Notes: a model not told the origin generated them from the sequence alone. Shown: positions 1-8,098, counted from the stretch's first letter. The stretch is 26,086 nt of DNA from Spirochaetes bacterium GWF1_49_6 (GCA_001829395.1 MIBD01000123.1:3795-29880), one strand, 5' to 3'. A program made the numbers and translations.

Positions 1-278
1 AGCGTAACTTTCCCGCACCCCGCGAGTATCGCCGCGAGTTTTACCGATTGGAATACGATCCCGCCGTCCAGCGCGATTTCCCCGCTGTTTATCGACACAA
101 TCCCCTTATCGAGGGTATGTCCCGACGGTTTGACGAGCGGGCGCGCGTCATGTATCTCGCGGATAATCATTTTCTCAAGGTCGGGGGAAAGTTCGGATTT
201 CTTTTTATTGTACCCCATGCGGGTGAGGACGTTCTCTAACGGGGGGGTGATGGTTTCTAGGGAGAATTTGCGTATCAC
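1..278 (-). CDS. Partial (runs off window start) cobalamin-dependent methionine synthase activation-domain-like protein; not in ORF track
   Basis: My translation of the minus strand from GTG at 278 is open to base 1: VIRKFSLETITPPLENVLTRMGYNKKKSELSPDLEKMIIREIHDARPLVKPSGHTLDKGIVSINSGEIALDGGIVFQSVKLAAILAGCGKVT(L). VLxRMGY...F.S.KLA..L.GC..V.L matches the stand-alone MetH activation-domain family pattern. Start codon uncertain (weak RBS). Confidence 0.65.
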   Translation of the reverse strand, partial: MIRKFSLETITPPLENVLTRMGYNKKKSELSPDLEKMIIREIHDARPLVKPSGHTLDKGIVSINSGEIALDGGIVFQSVKLAAILAGCGKVT

Positions 279-293
279 GGCGGGTTCCGGGAC

Positions 294-1685
294 TTAATTC
301 AGCAGGAGGCGCGCGGAAAATTTACTGCCGACGCCGTAGGTGCTGTCTACCGAAACGTCGCCGTTATAATAGCGGAGGAACTTTCGGACAAGAAACAATC
401 CCAGCCCAGCGCCCTTCTCGTTCAGGGTGGGAGAGGTCTCGGTACGGTAGAACTGCTCGAAAACGCTATGGATATCGCTCTTTTTTATTCCGTGCCCGGA
501 ATCGATAATATCGACCATCAGGTAATCGCCCTGCTTATACCCGCGTATCTCGATTTTCCCGTCCACCCGGTTATAGAAAATAGCGTTGGAAATCAATTCC
601 TCGAATATGGTACGCATAATCTGACGGTTGCCGTGATAAGCCTTGAAGTGCTCGGACATATCCACCGATACGGTGATATTCCGCTTTTTTATCTCTTCCT
701 TGTAGAAGTCGAGGATGAAATCGAACAAGGCGGTAAAATCGACCTCGTCGCAATAAAGGTCTTCGACTTCTTTTTCGAGCTCCTGGATGGTCAGCACGCG
801 GACGACCGTTTTTTCCGACTGCTGAATCAGGTATGTCATCCGTTCCAGATCGGATTTAACGGATGCATTCTCGCACAAATCGGATTGGGAGGTTTTCGTC
901 AGCAGCTTCGCTACTTCTTCCAGCGGTTTTTTTAATTTCTTGGATACTTCGTTCATCAACTGATCCTTCAGATTGACTAACTTCATCAATTCAAGGTTCT
1001 GTTCCTTAATCTTCTGGTACAGCGAGGCGTTATTCATCGAAATCGCCGCCTGCGAACAGAATAAATCCGCGATATCCTGATCCTGTATCCTGAACGTTTT
1101 GTCCTCGGAGATAATATCTACGTAAACGATGCCCATGAGGTGTTCTTCATAGAGGAGCGGCAGACACACGAAAGATAGCGACCTCATTTTACCGCTGATT
1201 TCGAGATCCTCGAAAAGACGGAATACCGGCTTCCTATAACGCGCTACCTCGTCTATATAAAGCAGACAAAATTGAAAATAGGGTTGATTCACTTCATCGG
1301 CATTGAAGTTGCTGAATATAACAGGTTCGGTCTTTCCTTTGCTATAAAAAAACATGACGCCGCGTTGGGCTTTTAATGATGTGATGAGTCCTTCGAGGAC
1401 TTTTTCCAGAAGTTTCTGTTCGTCAAGGATGGAACTGATATTTTTATTGATCTCCAGCATTGTCCGCAGAACTTCATCACGGAGACGGAGTTCACGTTCG
1501 GAAAAATCGCTGAGTTTCGACTGGGTCTTGATTGTTTCTTCCTTCTCAATCAATTCCTGCGTCGTCATTTTCTCAACATTCCCGTATGCCCGTAAGACCA
1601 TCTGCATATACTTGATGTCTTCATCCTTGGACTTGAGTTCTTTTGTTAAACGCTCAATATCTTGCCGATACTCTTCCTCAGTCAC
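294..1685 (-). CDS. Cytoplasmic coiled-coil + GAF + HisKA/HATPase_c sensor-kinase-like protein with degenerate H-box (pseudo-histidine kinase)
   Basis: GTG start with AGGGGG RBS. GAF motifs (CLPLLYEEHLMGIVYVD, FCSQAAISMNNASLY). N box ELISNAIFY, G1 DSGHGI, F box VFEQFYR, G2 GAGLGL. H-box reads VSKKLKKPL. No TM segment. Confidence 0.85.
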   Translation of the reverse strand: MTEEEYRQDIERLTKELKSKDEDIKYMQMVLRAYGNVEKMTTQELIEKEETIKTQSKLSDFSERELRLRDEVLRTMLEINKNISSILDEQKLLEKVLEGLITSLKAQRGVMFFYSKGKTEPVIFSNFNADEVNQPYFQFCLLYIDEVARYRKPVFRLFEDLEISGKMRSLSFVCLPLLYEEHLMGIVYVDIISEDKTFRIQDQDIADLFCSQAAISMNNASLYQKIKEQNLELMKLVNLKDQLMNEVSKKLKKPLEEVAKLLTKTSQSDLCENASVKSDLERMTYLIQQSEKTVVRVLTIQELEKEVEDLYCDEVDFTALFDFILDFYKEEIKKRNITVSVDMSEHFKAYHGNRQIMRTIFEELISNAIFYNRVDGKIEIRGYKQGDYLMVDIIDSGHGIKKSDIHSVFEQFYRTETSPTLNEKGAGLGLFLVRKFLRYYNGDVSVDSTYGVGSKFSARLLLN

Positions 1686-1727
1686 ATAGCCCCCTGTAAC
1701 GTCTTAGCCTGCTACTTCTTCTGCTAT

Positions 1728-1756
1728 AGTTTAATTCAAACTTAGTTGAAAATCAA
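1728..1756 (-). promoter_or_regulatory. Possible sigma70 promoter for the kinase-like gene (TTGATT-17-TAAACT)
   Basis: -35 at 1751-1756, -10 at 1728-1733, 17-nt spacer, 42 nt upstream of the GTG. Confidence 0.45.
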
Positions 1757-1764
1757 GACAATTC

Positions 1765-2628
1765 CTATTTATCTTTTTCCTTTGCAACTTCTTTCTCGGC
1801 ATCCTCCGCTTCCTGCTTCCTCAGCTTTCCCGAGAACGGGCTAAATAAGTCGCGTACCGATCTCTTTGGAAAATCCTTCCCCTGGGGGAAATCGTCGAAT
1901 ACATAACGGTATGTCCATGTATGCATCGTGGTGACAAATCCCATATATGCGAAGATAGGGATAACCGTCAGGAACGGCGAGACCGCCGGGATAGTAAAAA
2001 TAAAGAAAATTAACAGATTGATGATAGCGAGGCCGAGCATCACCAGCCCCTTTTTCACCATCCAGTACAGGGAGATCATATAATACGACCCGATTTTCAG
2101 ACGGTCTTCCTTCTTTTCCGCGAGGTCGGATATCACAAGGGGCGCCATAATAAACTGCGACAGGAGGAAGCTGAATATAAACCACCCCGATAATCCGATC
2201 AGGATATAATTCCACGGGTAGAGATTGACCAGCTTATCACGGAAATACAGTATCGAATAACCCAGCAGGAGTCCCGCCGTGGTGTTAATCAGCGTAAATA
2301 TCATTCCCTTACCGAATACCTTGCGTAATTCTCCCCAGTACTCCCGGAAATAGGACTTGGTTTCGCCGTCGATCAGCTTCGCCTGCATCGAGTACGCGGC
2401 GAGTGTAGTCGGGAACGTCTGCATATTGAGGATAGACCCCATCAGCACGAGAAAGAACGCGTCCTTATATTGAAGGATAAATCCCATATCCTCGGCGAAA
2501 AGCCAGCGGAATCCCGCGATAATCACCAGATAGAACGGGTTCGCCGCTCCGAGCAGGGATGTAAAAACGGCGTAGGACAGATTATCCCACCAGCTCCAAA
2601 AGGTTCGTTTGATAATACTGAAAAACAT
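1765..2628 (-). CDS. Integral membrane protein, DUF624/YesL-like
   Basis: 287 aa with about 5-6 hydrophobic segments, N-terminal FWSWWDNL and C-terminal PKRSVRDLFSPF motifs. GAGGGG RBS. Confidence 0.6.
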   Translation of the reverse strand: MFFSIIKRTFWSWWDNLSYAVFTSLLGAANPFYLVIIAGFRWLFAEDMGFILQYKDAFFLVLMGSILNMQTFPTTLAAYSMQAKLIDGETKSYFREYWGELRKVFGKGMIFTLINTTAGLLLGYSILYFRDKLVNLYPWNYILIGLSGWFIFSFLLSQFIMAPLVISDLAEKKEDRLKIGSYYMISLYWMVKKGLVMLGLAIINLLIFFIFTIPAVSPFLTVIPIFAYMGFVTTMHTWTYRYVFDDFPQGKDFPKRSVRDLFSPFSGKLRKQEAEDAEKEVAKEKDK

Positions 2629-2660
2629 AAACCCCTCGTTTCTTGTTAGTTCAGAAGAGT

Positions 2661-2689
2661 ATTATATCGTTCGCTCTCCCTTCTGTCAA
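2661..2689 (-). promoter_or_regulatory. Perfect-consensus sigma70 promoter (TTGACA-17-TATAAT) for the membrane protein gene
   Basis: + strand tgtcaa at 2684-2689 and attata at 2661-2666; spacer 17 nt. Confidence 0.85.
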
Positions 2690-2720
2690 ACTCTTTCTTC
2701 TTAAATTACGCCGTCCGAAA

Positions 2721-2749
2721 TTGCTAAAACCTATTTTTTCAATTATAAT
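2721..2749 (+). promoter_or_regulatory. Sigma70 promoter for hom (TTGCTA-17-TATAAT), divergent from the previous promoter
   Basis: TTGCTA 2721-2726, TATAAT 2744-2749, AAGGAGG RBS at 2776-2782 before ATG 2790. Confidence 0.75.
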
Positions 2750-2789
2750 CTATTTTCTTAGTCGATGGTGACGCCAAGGAGGCTTTCAA

Positions 2790-4079
2790 ATGACAAAGGT
2801 CGGTGTTGCGCTCGTCGGTTTCGGGACTATCGGAACCGGTGTTCTGGAAATATTACAAAGCAACCGGGAACTGATTCAAAACCGTACCGGAGTGGATATT
2901 CAGCTGAAATATATTGTCGATATCGATATAAAAACGCCCCGCCGTGTCATGCCCGACTCTTCGGTCAAGATGACCACGGATTATAAAGTGGCGTTGAAAG
3001 ACCCCGATGTGGAGATTATTATCGAACTGGTCGGCGGTACCGGATTCGCCCTGCAACTGGTGGAGGAGACGTTACGCGCGGGTAAGAATGTCGTGACCGC
3101 GAATAAAGCCCTTCTCGCTGAAAAAGCCGATGTCGTATTCGGGCTCCGTAACGAGGTCGGTAAGGTCATCGGTTTCGAGGGGAGTGTCGCGGGGGGTATC
3201 CCGATTATCCGCACGGTCACTAACGCGCTCGCCGCGGACAATATCACCGCATTATACGGGATTGTCAACGGGACGACAAATTATATACTGACGAAGATGT
3301 CCGAAGAGAAGATGGATTTCAAGACCGCGCTGGGTCAGGCGCAGGAACTCGGATTCGCCGAGGCCGACCCCACGCTGGATATAGGCGGGTTCGACGCGGC
3401 GCATAAGATCGCGATTCTCGGCGCGCTCGCGTTCAACTGCCCCGTCCCGTACCAGCAGGTATATGTCGAGGGTATCGACTCGGTCGATCTGATCGACATC
3501 AACTACGCCGCGCAGATGGGGTACGTCCTCAAGCTGATCGGTATCGCGCGTATCGACGCGGATGAACGGGTCGAGTTCCGGGTACATCCGACGCTCCTGC
3601 CAGAAAAGCACCAGCTCGCCGCGATCAGAAACGAGTATAACGCCATAATGATAGAAAGCAAGTACCTCGGTACGTCCCTGTACTATGGGCGCGGAGCGGG
3701 ATCGCGTCCCACCGCGACCGCTGTGATGGCGGATATTATTTCCATCGGACGTTCGCTCGATAATCCCGAACGTTCCTCCAAGTACCAGAATTTTAACAAT
3801 TACCCGGTCAAGCCGATGGGCGATGTCGAATCGCGCTACTATCTGCGGTTTAACGTCCGCGATCAGGTGGGAGTCCTATCCGGCATATCGGGAATATTCT
3901 CCGAATACAGTATCAGTATTTCCTCGGTTGTTCAGCACGAGACCAAGACCGGCGATCATGTCCCGTTAATCCTGACCACTCACCGCGCGAAAGAAAGCAA
4001 TATTTTAAGCGCGCTGGAAAGAATAGAGAAATTGGAGTATTCCAACGGCAGAGGCATCATGATACGGATATTGGACTAA
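2790..4079 (+). CDS. hom: Homoserine dehydrogenase with C-terminal ACT domain
   Basis: GFGTIGTG Rossmann motif, VVTANKA, FEGSVAGGIP, GIVNGTTNYIL, GFAEADPTLDIGGFDAAHK, GRGAG, ACT domain RYYLRFNVRDQVGVLS. Confidence 0.96.
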   Translation: MTKVGVALVGFGTIGTGVLEILQSNRELIQNRTGVDIQLKYIVDIDIKTPRRVMPDSSVKMTTDYKVALKDPDVEIIIELVGGTGFALQLVEETLRAGKNVVTANKALLAEKADVVFGLRNEVGKVIGFEGSVAGGIPIIRTVTNALAADNITALYGIVNGTTNYILTKMSEEKMDFKTALGQAQELGFAEADPTLDIGGFDAAHKIAILGALAFNCPVPYQQVYVEGIDSVDLIDINYAAQMGYVLKLIGIARIDADERVEFRVHPTLLPEKHQLAAIRNEYNAIMIESKYLGTSLYYGRGAGSRPTATAVMADIISIGRSLDNPERSSKYQNFNNYPVKPMGDVESRYYLRFNVRDQVGVLSGISGIFSEYSISISSVVQHETKTGDHVPLILTTHRAKESNILSALERIEKLEYSNGRGIMIRILD

Positions 4080-4094
4080 ATAAGGGAGATTACG

Positions 4095-6071
4095 ATGGCA
4101 ATCCGGCACTTTGAAAAATTCTTCGCGATTGCGGAAAAGCTCGCGCTCAAGAAAAAGAAAGACCTGAACGAGCTCCGCGAGATCGGGGAAACGATACTCG
4201 GCGAGTATACCGCGAAGGGTCATATGACGCTGATGCCTCACGATAGCCTCAAGATGGAGTACTATAGCCTGATCCCGTTAATTAAACATCTCCTTGAGAA
4301 GCACGGGAATCCCGATATAGTGCAGTCGCCGGTGGAAAAGATGCCCGATTCGAGCTGGATGGCGGATGCATCGTTCTGCTTCATCAATGTACGCGGTACG
4401 GGAGCCGCTTCCGGCACGCACGGCGACTTTATCAACGCCGCGAAACTTTTGCCCGTCCTCCGGGTAAACTCCATCCACCTCGCGCCGTTTTTCGAATGCG
4501 CGCTGGAAATTATCTACGGAATCGACACATTGACTATCATAGACGAGAACACGGTCAACGCGGAGTTCCTGAAGGCGGGGATGAAGTCCGACGAGCAGGT
4601 GCGCTTCTTTACCGACCTCGCGCATCTTCTCGGGATGACCGTCGGGTTCGATATCGAACCGCATACCTCGCAATTCTCGCGTATCGCGTTGGAACACCCG
4701 GAGTACTTTCGATGGATCCGGCTTTCCGCGTCGCGTGAAGAAATCGCCGGTAAGAAAAAACAGCTGGATATGCTGACCGACGCCGCGCAAAAGGAAATCC
4801 ATGCGGCGATAAAACCGCTTCGTGAAAAAGTGCTTGCCAAATACGGCCTGAAGTCGCTCGAGCAATCCGGAAAGGACGCCGTATCCAAGAAGGCGCATTA
4901 CGAACTGATCGACGAACTCATCGCGGCGGGGTTTTGGACTGTCCCGTCCCATACATGGAAGGGCGCGGGCTTGCCGGAATTCTCGCATTACGTGGATGAA
5001 CAGGAATTCCCGGAATTCAAGTACCTTTCCACCGACGGGGAAGACCACCGGGAGCACGCGTTCGGGACGCTCACCCCGTTCCGTTTCTATGACAATATCC
5101 CGCTGAACCGTATCCCCAAGCCCAACAACCCGCCTGTCCCCAACGAGGAGACTATTAAATATTTCACTAATATCTTTCCCGCGCTCTATAAAAAATTCCG
5201 CTTCGATTACCTGCGTTTCGATTATGTCGATCATGTGTGGGACTCGGTGCTCGATAAGGCCGGTAAAATCCCCATCTCCGACAGAATTACCCCATACGTG
5301 CTGAAAAAAACCATCGCGAAGGCGCGTTCCGGCGGGCGTAAGTTTATCGGGGCTATGGCCGAACGAATGGGCACCGATATACAGGTCTATAAAAAGGCGG
5401 GATTCGATCTCCTTCTCGGCGACGATATTCTCAAACCTATCGGACTGCCGCTCCTGAAAGATACGTTCAAGCTGAATAAAAAGATAGAGAAGCTCAACTC
5501 CAAGCCGGGAAAGAAGGTCAACATCCAGTTCGCGGTCGATACCCACGATTCGTCTCATCCCCTGTTCAATGTCACTCCTATGCTGATCTACGGAGCGAAG
5601 GGTGTCGGTATGCGGATGTTTATCGCGAGGTTCTCCGGGTGGGGCAACGCCATCCGTTCGAAATACGAACTGATCGGGAATCAGGACGGCACTACCGGGC
5701 TATATCTCGCGAATAATAAGGTTGTTTCGGTCGAGTGGAAAAGTGAAAAGGACATGAACGATATCTATCATAATATCGAGAATACCTACGACTTTTTACT
5801 TCCCCGCCTGAAAAAAGCCAATTTCGTGGACTTTATTCCCATCCAGCGGAAGGCGGCTTACTGGATATTCGAGGACGATCAGGGGAAAATGGTGTTTATC
5901 GTGAACCTGACCGAGCATGCGTCTATCCCGTCGATACTGATAAAAGAGATCAAGGTATTCAAGTGCGCTTCGATGATCAATCCCTATACCGGGCAGAAAC
6001 GGATGATGTCGCATCTGCTGGTTAACGAACTCCCGCCGCTCGAATGCAGGATTGTTTTTATTCAGGTTTAG
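4095..6071 (+). CDS. GH13 (alpha-amylase clan) cytoplasmic glucanotransferase, maltosyltransferase-like
   Basis: GH13 regions recognisable: IHLAPF (beta2), GFDIEPHT (region I), HPEYFRWI, YLRFDYVDH (nucleophile Asp), AMAERM (acid/base Glu), VDTHDS (third Asp). No signal peptide. TAAGGGAG RBS. Confidence 0.7.
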   Translation: MAIRHFEKFFAIAEKLALKKKKDLNELREIGETILGEYTAKGHMTLMPHDSLKMEYYSLIPLIKHLLEKHGNPDIVQSPVEKMPDSSWMADASFCFINVRGTGAASGTHGDFINAAKLLPVLRVNSIHLAPFFECALEIIYGIDTLTIIDENTVNAEFLKAGMKSDEQVRFFTDLAHLLGMTVGFDIEPHTSQFSRIALEHPEYFRWIRLSASREEIAGKKKQLDMLTDAAQKEIHAAIKPLREKVLAKYGLKSLEQSGKDAVSKKAHYELIDELIAAGFWTVPSHTWKGAGLPEFSHYVDEQEFPEFKYLSTDGEDHREHAFGTLTPFRFYDNIPLNRIPKPNNPPVPNEETIKYFTNIFPALYKKFRFDYLRFDYVDHVWDSVLDKAGKIPISDRITPYVLKKTIAKARSGGRKFIGAMAERMGTDIQVYKKAGFDLLLGDDILKPIGLPLLKDTFKLNKKIEKLNSKPGKKVNIQFAVDTHDSSHPLFNVTPMLIYGAKGVGMRMFIARFSGWGNAIRSKYELIGNQDGTTGLYLANNKVVSVEWKSEKDMNDIYHNIENTYDFLLPRLKKANFVDFIPIQRKAAYWIFEDDQGKMVFIVNLTEHASIPSILIKEIKVFKCASMINPYTGQKRMMSHLLVNELPPLECRIVFIQV

Positions 6072-6603
6072 GATCGTCCTTTTTCGGCGCTTCCAGCCCC
6101 TTACGATAGAGTCCGTCCAATAACGAGGCGATACCTTTCGCATGATTCGCGCGTCTTTCCTTAATTACCTGCCCGACAGCCCCCGTCATCTCCGGGAACA
6201 TTTCCAACGCCCAGAATACGATTGCCAGCGCGCGTATCTTAGAATACTCGTCTTTATACTTCTCCAACGGGAATAGCGCCTTGAGGGTAAAGAATACCGC
6301 GCAGAATAGGGTGAACACCCGGAGGGACGACCTCGCGCCGTTCATCATCCCCTCATAGTAGATATTGATAAACCCGAGCGGGATAACCTGCCCGTCGGAA
6401 TAGACCAGCGACTTGATGATAAAAAGAGGTATCAGGAAGACAAGCAGGAATAATAACTGCTTCAAAAGCGCGGGGATTTTTTTCGGCGCGATAATCGTGG
6501 ACATGAGGATGAGCAGGGCGCACATTCCCGCCAGCACGATTTCCGGGATAAAAAAAATCCCTACCGCAAGTAACGATAGGGATGTTAATATCAGGATTGC
6601 CAT
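6058..6603 (-). CDS. Short EcfT/CbiQ-like ECF transporter transmembrane component (C-terminally truncated)
   Basis: About 5 TM segments. GFINIYYEGMMNGARSSLRVFTL resembles the EcfT G..I..EG...G....LR pattern. ALEMFPEM...IKERRA resembles the first coupling helix. ATG overlaps the rplQ stop (TAATG). Confidence 0.55.
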   Translation of the reverse strand: MAILILTSLSLLAVGIFFIPEIVLAGMCALLILMSTIIAPKKIPALLKQLLFLLVFLIPLFIIKSLVYSDGQVIPLGFINIYYEGMMNGARSSLRVFTLFCAVFFTLKALFPLEKYKDEYSKIRALAIVFWALEMFPEMTGAVGQVIKERRANHAKGIASLLDGLYRKGLEAPKKDDPKPE

Positions 6604-7067
6604 TATTTTTTAGCTTTCGCTTCTTTGACTTTCACTTCTTTCGCTTTCGGCTTCGCGGGAGCTTTCTCCGCGGCGGCCGCTTTGGGCTTGCGGTCTTCCG
6701 CCTTCTTCAGCATCTCAGGCACAAGTTCGATCATCGCCATTTCGGTACCGTCGTTGGAACGGAAACCGAGACGGAAGATGCGTGTATATCCGCCGGGGCG
6801 TTCCTTATAGCGCAACGCGATATCGCCGAACAGCTTCCTGAGAAGCTCGTCGTCCTTGATCGTACGCGCGAGCAGACGGCGCATCGCGACAGTATCCGTG
6901 CGAGCCTTCGTGATTAACTTCTCGGCATACGGGCGGAGAGCTTTCGCTTTCTGTATGGTCGTCTTGATGCTTTCATAATTGAATAACGCGGACGCGAGAT
7001 TCTGCATCAGCGCTTTTCTATGCGAACTGGTTCGGCTGAGTTTTCTTACTTTCTTTCCGTGTCTCAT
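6603..7067 (-). CDS. rplQ: 50S ribosomal protein bL17 with Lys/Ala-rich tail
   Basis: MRHGKKVRKLSRTSSHRKAL, ERPGGYTRI motifs. Confidence 0.98.
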   Translation of the reverse strand: MRHGKKVRKLSRTSSHRKALMQNLASALFNYESIKTTIQKAKALRPYAEKLITKARTDTVAMRRLLARTIKDDELLRKLFGDIALRYKERPGGYTRIFRLGFRSNDGTEMAMIELVPEMLKKAEDRKPKAAAAEKAPAKPKAKEVKVKEAKAKK

Positions 7068-8098
7068 TCCTCATCTCCTTCATCTGTATCATCGAAATCC
7101 TCATCGTCTATATCGGAAAGTCCGTCTTCGGATTTCCCGGTATCGAGCGTGAGATTATACATTTTTATCTTCTCGGAAATCTCCGTCAGGGACTTCTTTC
7201 CGAAGTTTTTGATCTTCATCAGCGAATCTTTATCGTAAGTGATTAGATCGCCGATCGTGTCGATTTCCGCGCTCTTGAGGCAGTTATATGAACGCACCGA
7301 CAGGTCGAGTTCCTCGATAGGCTTCAGGAGAACATCGTCGCCGGGCCCGCTTTCGGAGATCGACGCGGAGGAAATACTTTCCTCTTCCTCTTCGAACTCG
7401 ACGAACAGCGAGAAATATTTCTTCAGGATCGACGCCGCATCGCTCATCGCGTCTACAGGCGAAATCGTGCCGTCAGACCATACTTCCATCACGATCTTTT
7501 CACAGTCGGTCTTTTCGCCGACACGGAAATCTTCTACTATAAAATTCACTTTCTGTATAGGCGAGAAAATCGCGTCCACGGGGATAACGGCGATTACCGA
7601 ATTGGAGTCCATCGCGTCTTCCGACGAACGATAACCGCGCCCGAACTCGATTTGTATATCGAGCGAGAGATCCGCTTCATCGTTCAACGTCGCGATTTTC
7701 AATTCGGGGTTGACCACTTCGACAGTGACATCTACCGCGAAATCTTTCGCGGTAAATTCGCCGGGACCCTTTTTATTGATATGAATAATCTTCTTATCGG
7801 AATTATCCAAAAGTGTCATGCGAATCTTCTTGATCGCGAGAATGATATCCGTCAGGTCTTCTTTGACCCCTTTAACCGGCTCGAACTCGTGACTGATCCC
7901 TTCTATCTTAACAGAAGTAATCGCGTATCCGGGAATGGCGCTCAGGAGTATTCTGCGCAGAGAATTCGCGATAGTAATACCTACCCCTTTATCGAACGGA
8001 TAGATACTGAATTTCCCATAATTATTAGAATAGGAACTCTTTTCATATTTCATCTCATGTGGCAATATTAAATCTTTTAGTAGTCCTTTATGTGCCAT
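7064..8098 (-). CDS. rpoA: RNA polymerase alpha subunit with acidic C-terminal tail
   Basis: GITIANSLRRILLS, GVKEDLTDIIL, IPVDAIFSPI, LSVRSYNCLK, KNFGKKSL. Confidence 0.98.
   Translation of the reverse strand: MAHKGLLKDLILPHEMKYEKSSYSNNYGKFSIYPFDKGVGITIANSLRRILLSAIPGYAITSVKIEGISHEFEPVKGVKEDLTDIILAIKKIRMTLLDNSDKKIIHINKKGPGEFTAKDFAVDVTVEVVNPELKIATLNDEADLSLDIQIEFGRGYRSSEDAMDSNSVIAVIPVDAIFSPIQKVNFIVEDFRVGEKTDCEKIVMEVWSDGTISPVDAMSDAASILKKYFSLFVEFEEEEESISSASISESGPGDDVLLKPIEELDLSVRSYNCLKSAEIDTIGDLITYDKDSLMKIKNFGKKSLTEISEKIKMYNLTLDTGKSEDGLSDIDDEDFDDTDEGDEE

Noticed and set aside
48-239. ORF-track 63-aa plus-strand ORF
   Set aside because: No recognisable motif or RBS; it is antisense to a better-supported minus-strand frame (1-278).
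276-296. Stop-codon read-through fusing the pseudokinase to the downstream MetH-like ORF (same frame, single TAA)
   Set aside because: TAA is the least leaky stop, no recoding signal is visible, the kinase ends at the normal HATPase C-terminus, and a GTG start is available. Same frame occurs by chance one time in three.
4278-5558. 426-aa minus-strand ORF
   Set aside because: Fully antisense to the GH13 gene, with no motifs. A typical shadow ORF caused by codon bias of the real gene.
6603-6710. Lys/Ala-rich C-terminal tail of bL17
   Set aside because: Such tails are common on bL17; mentioned only as context for the uL5 extension.
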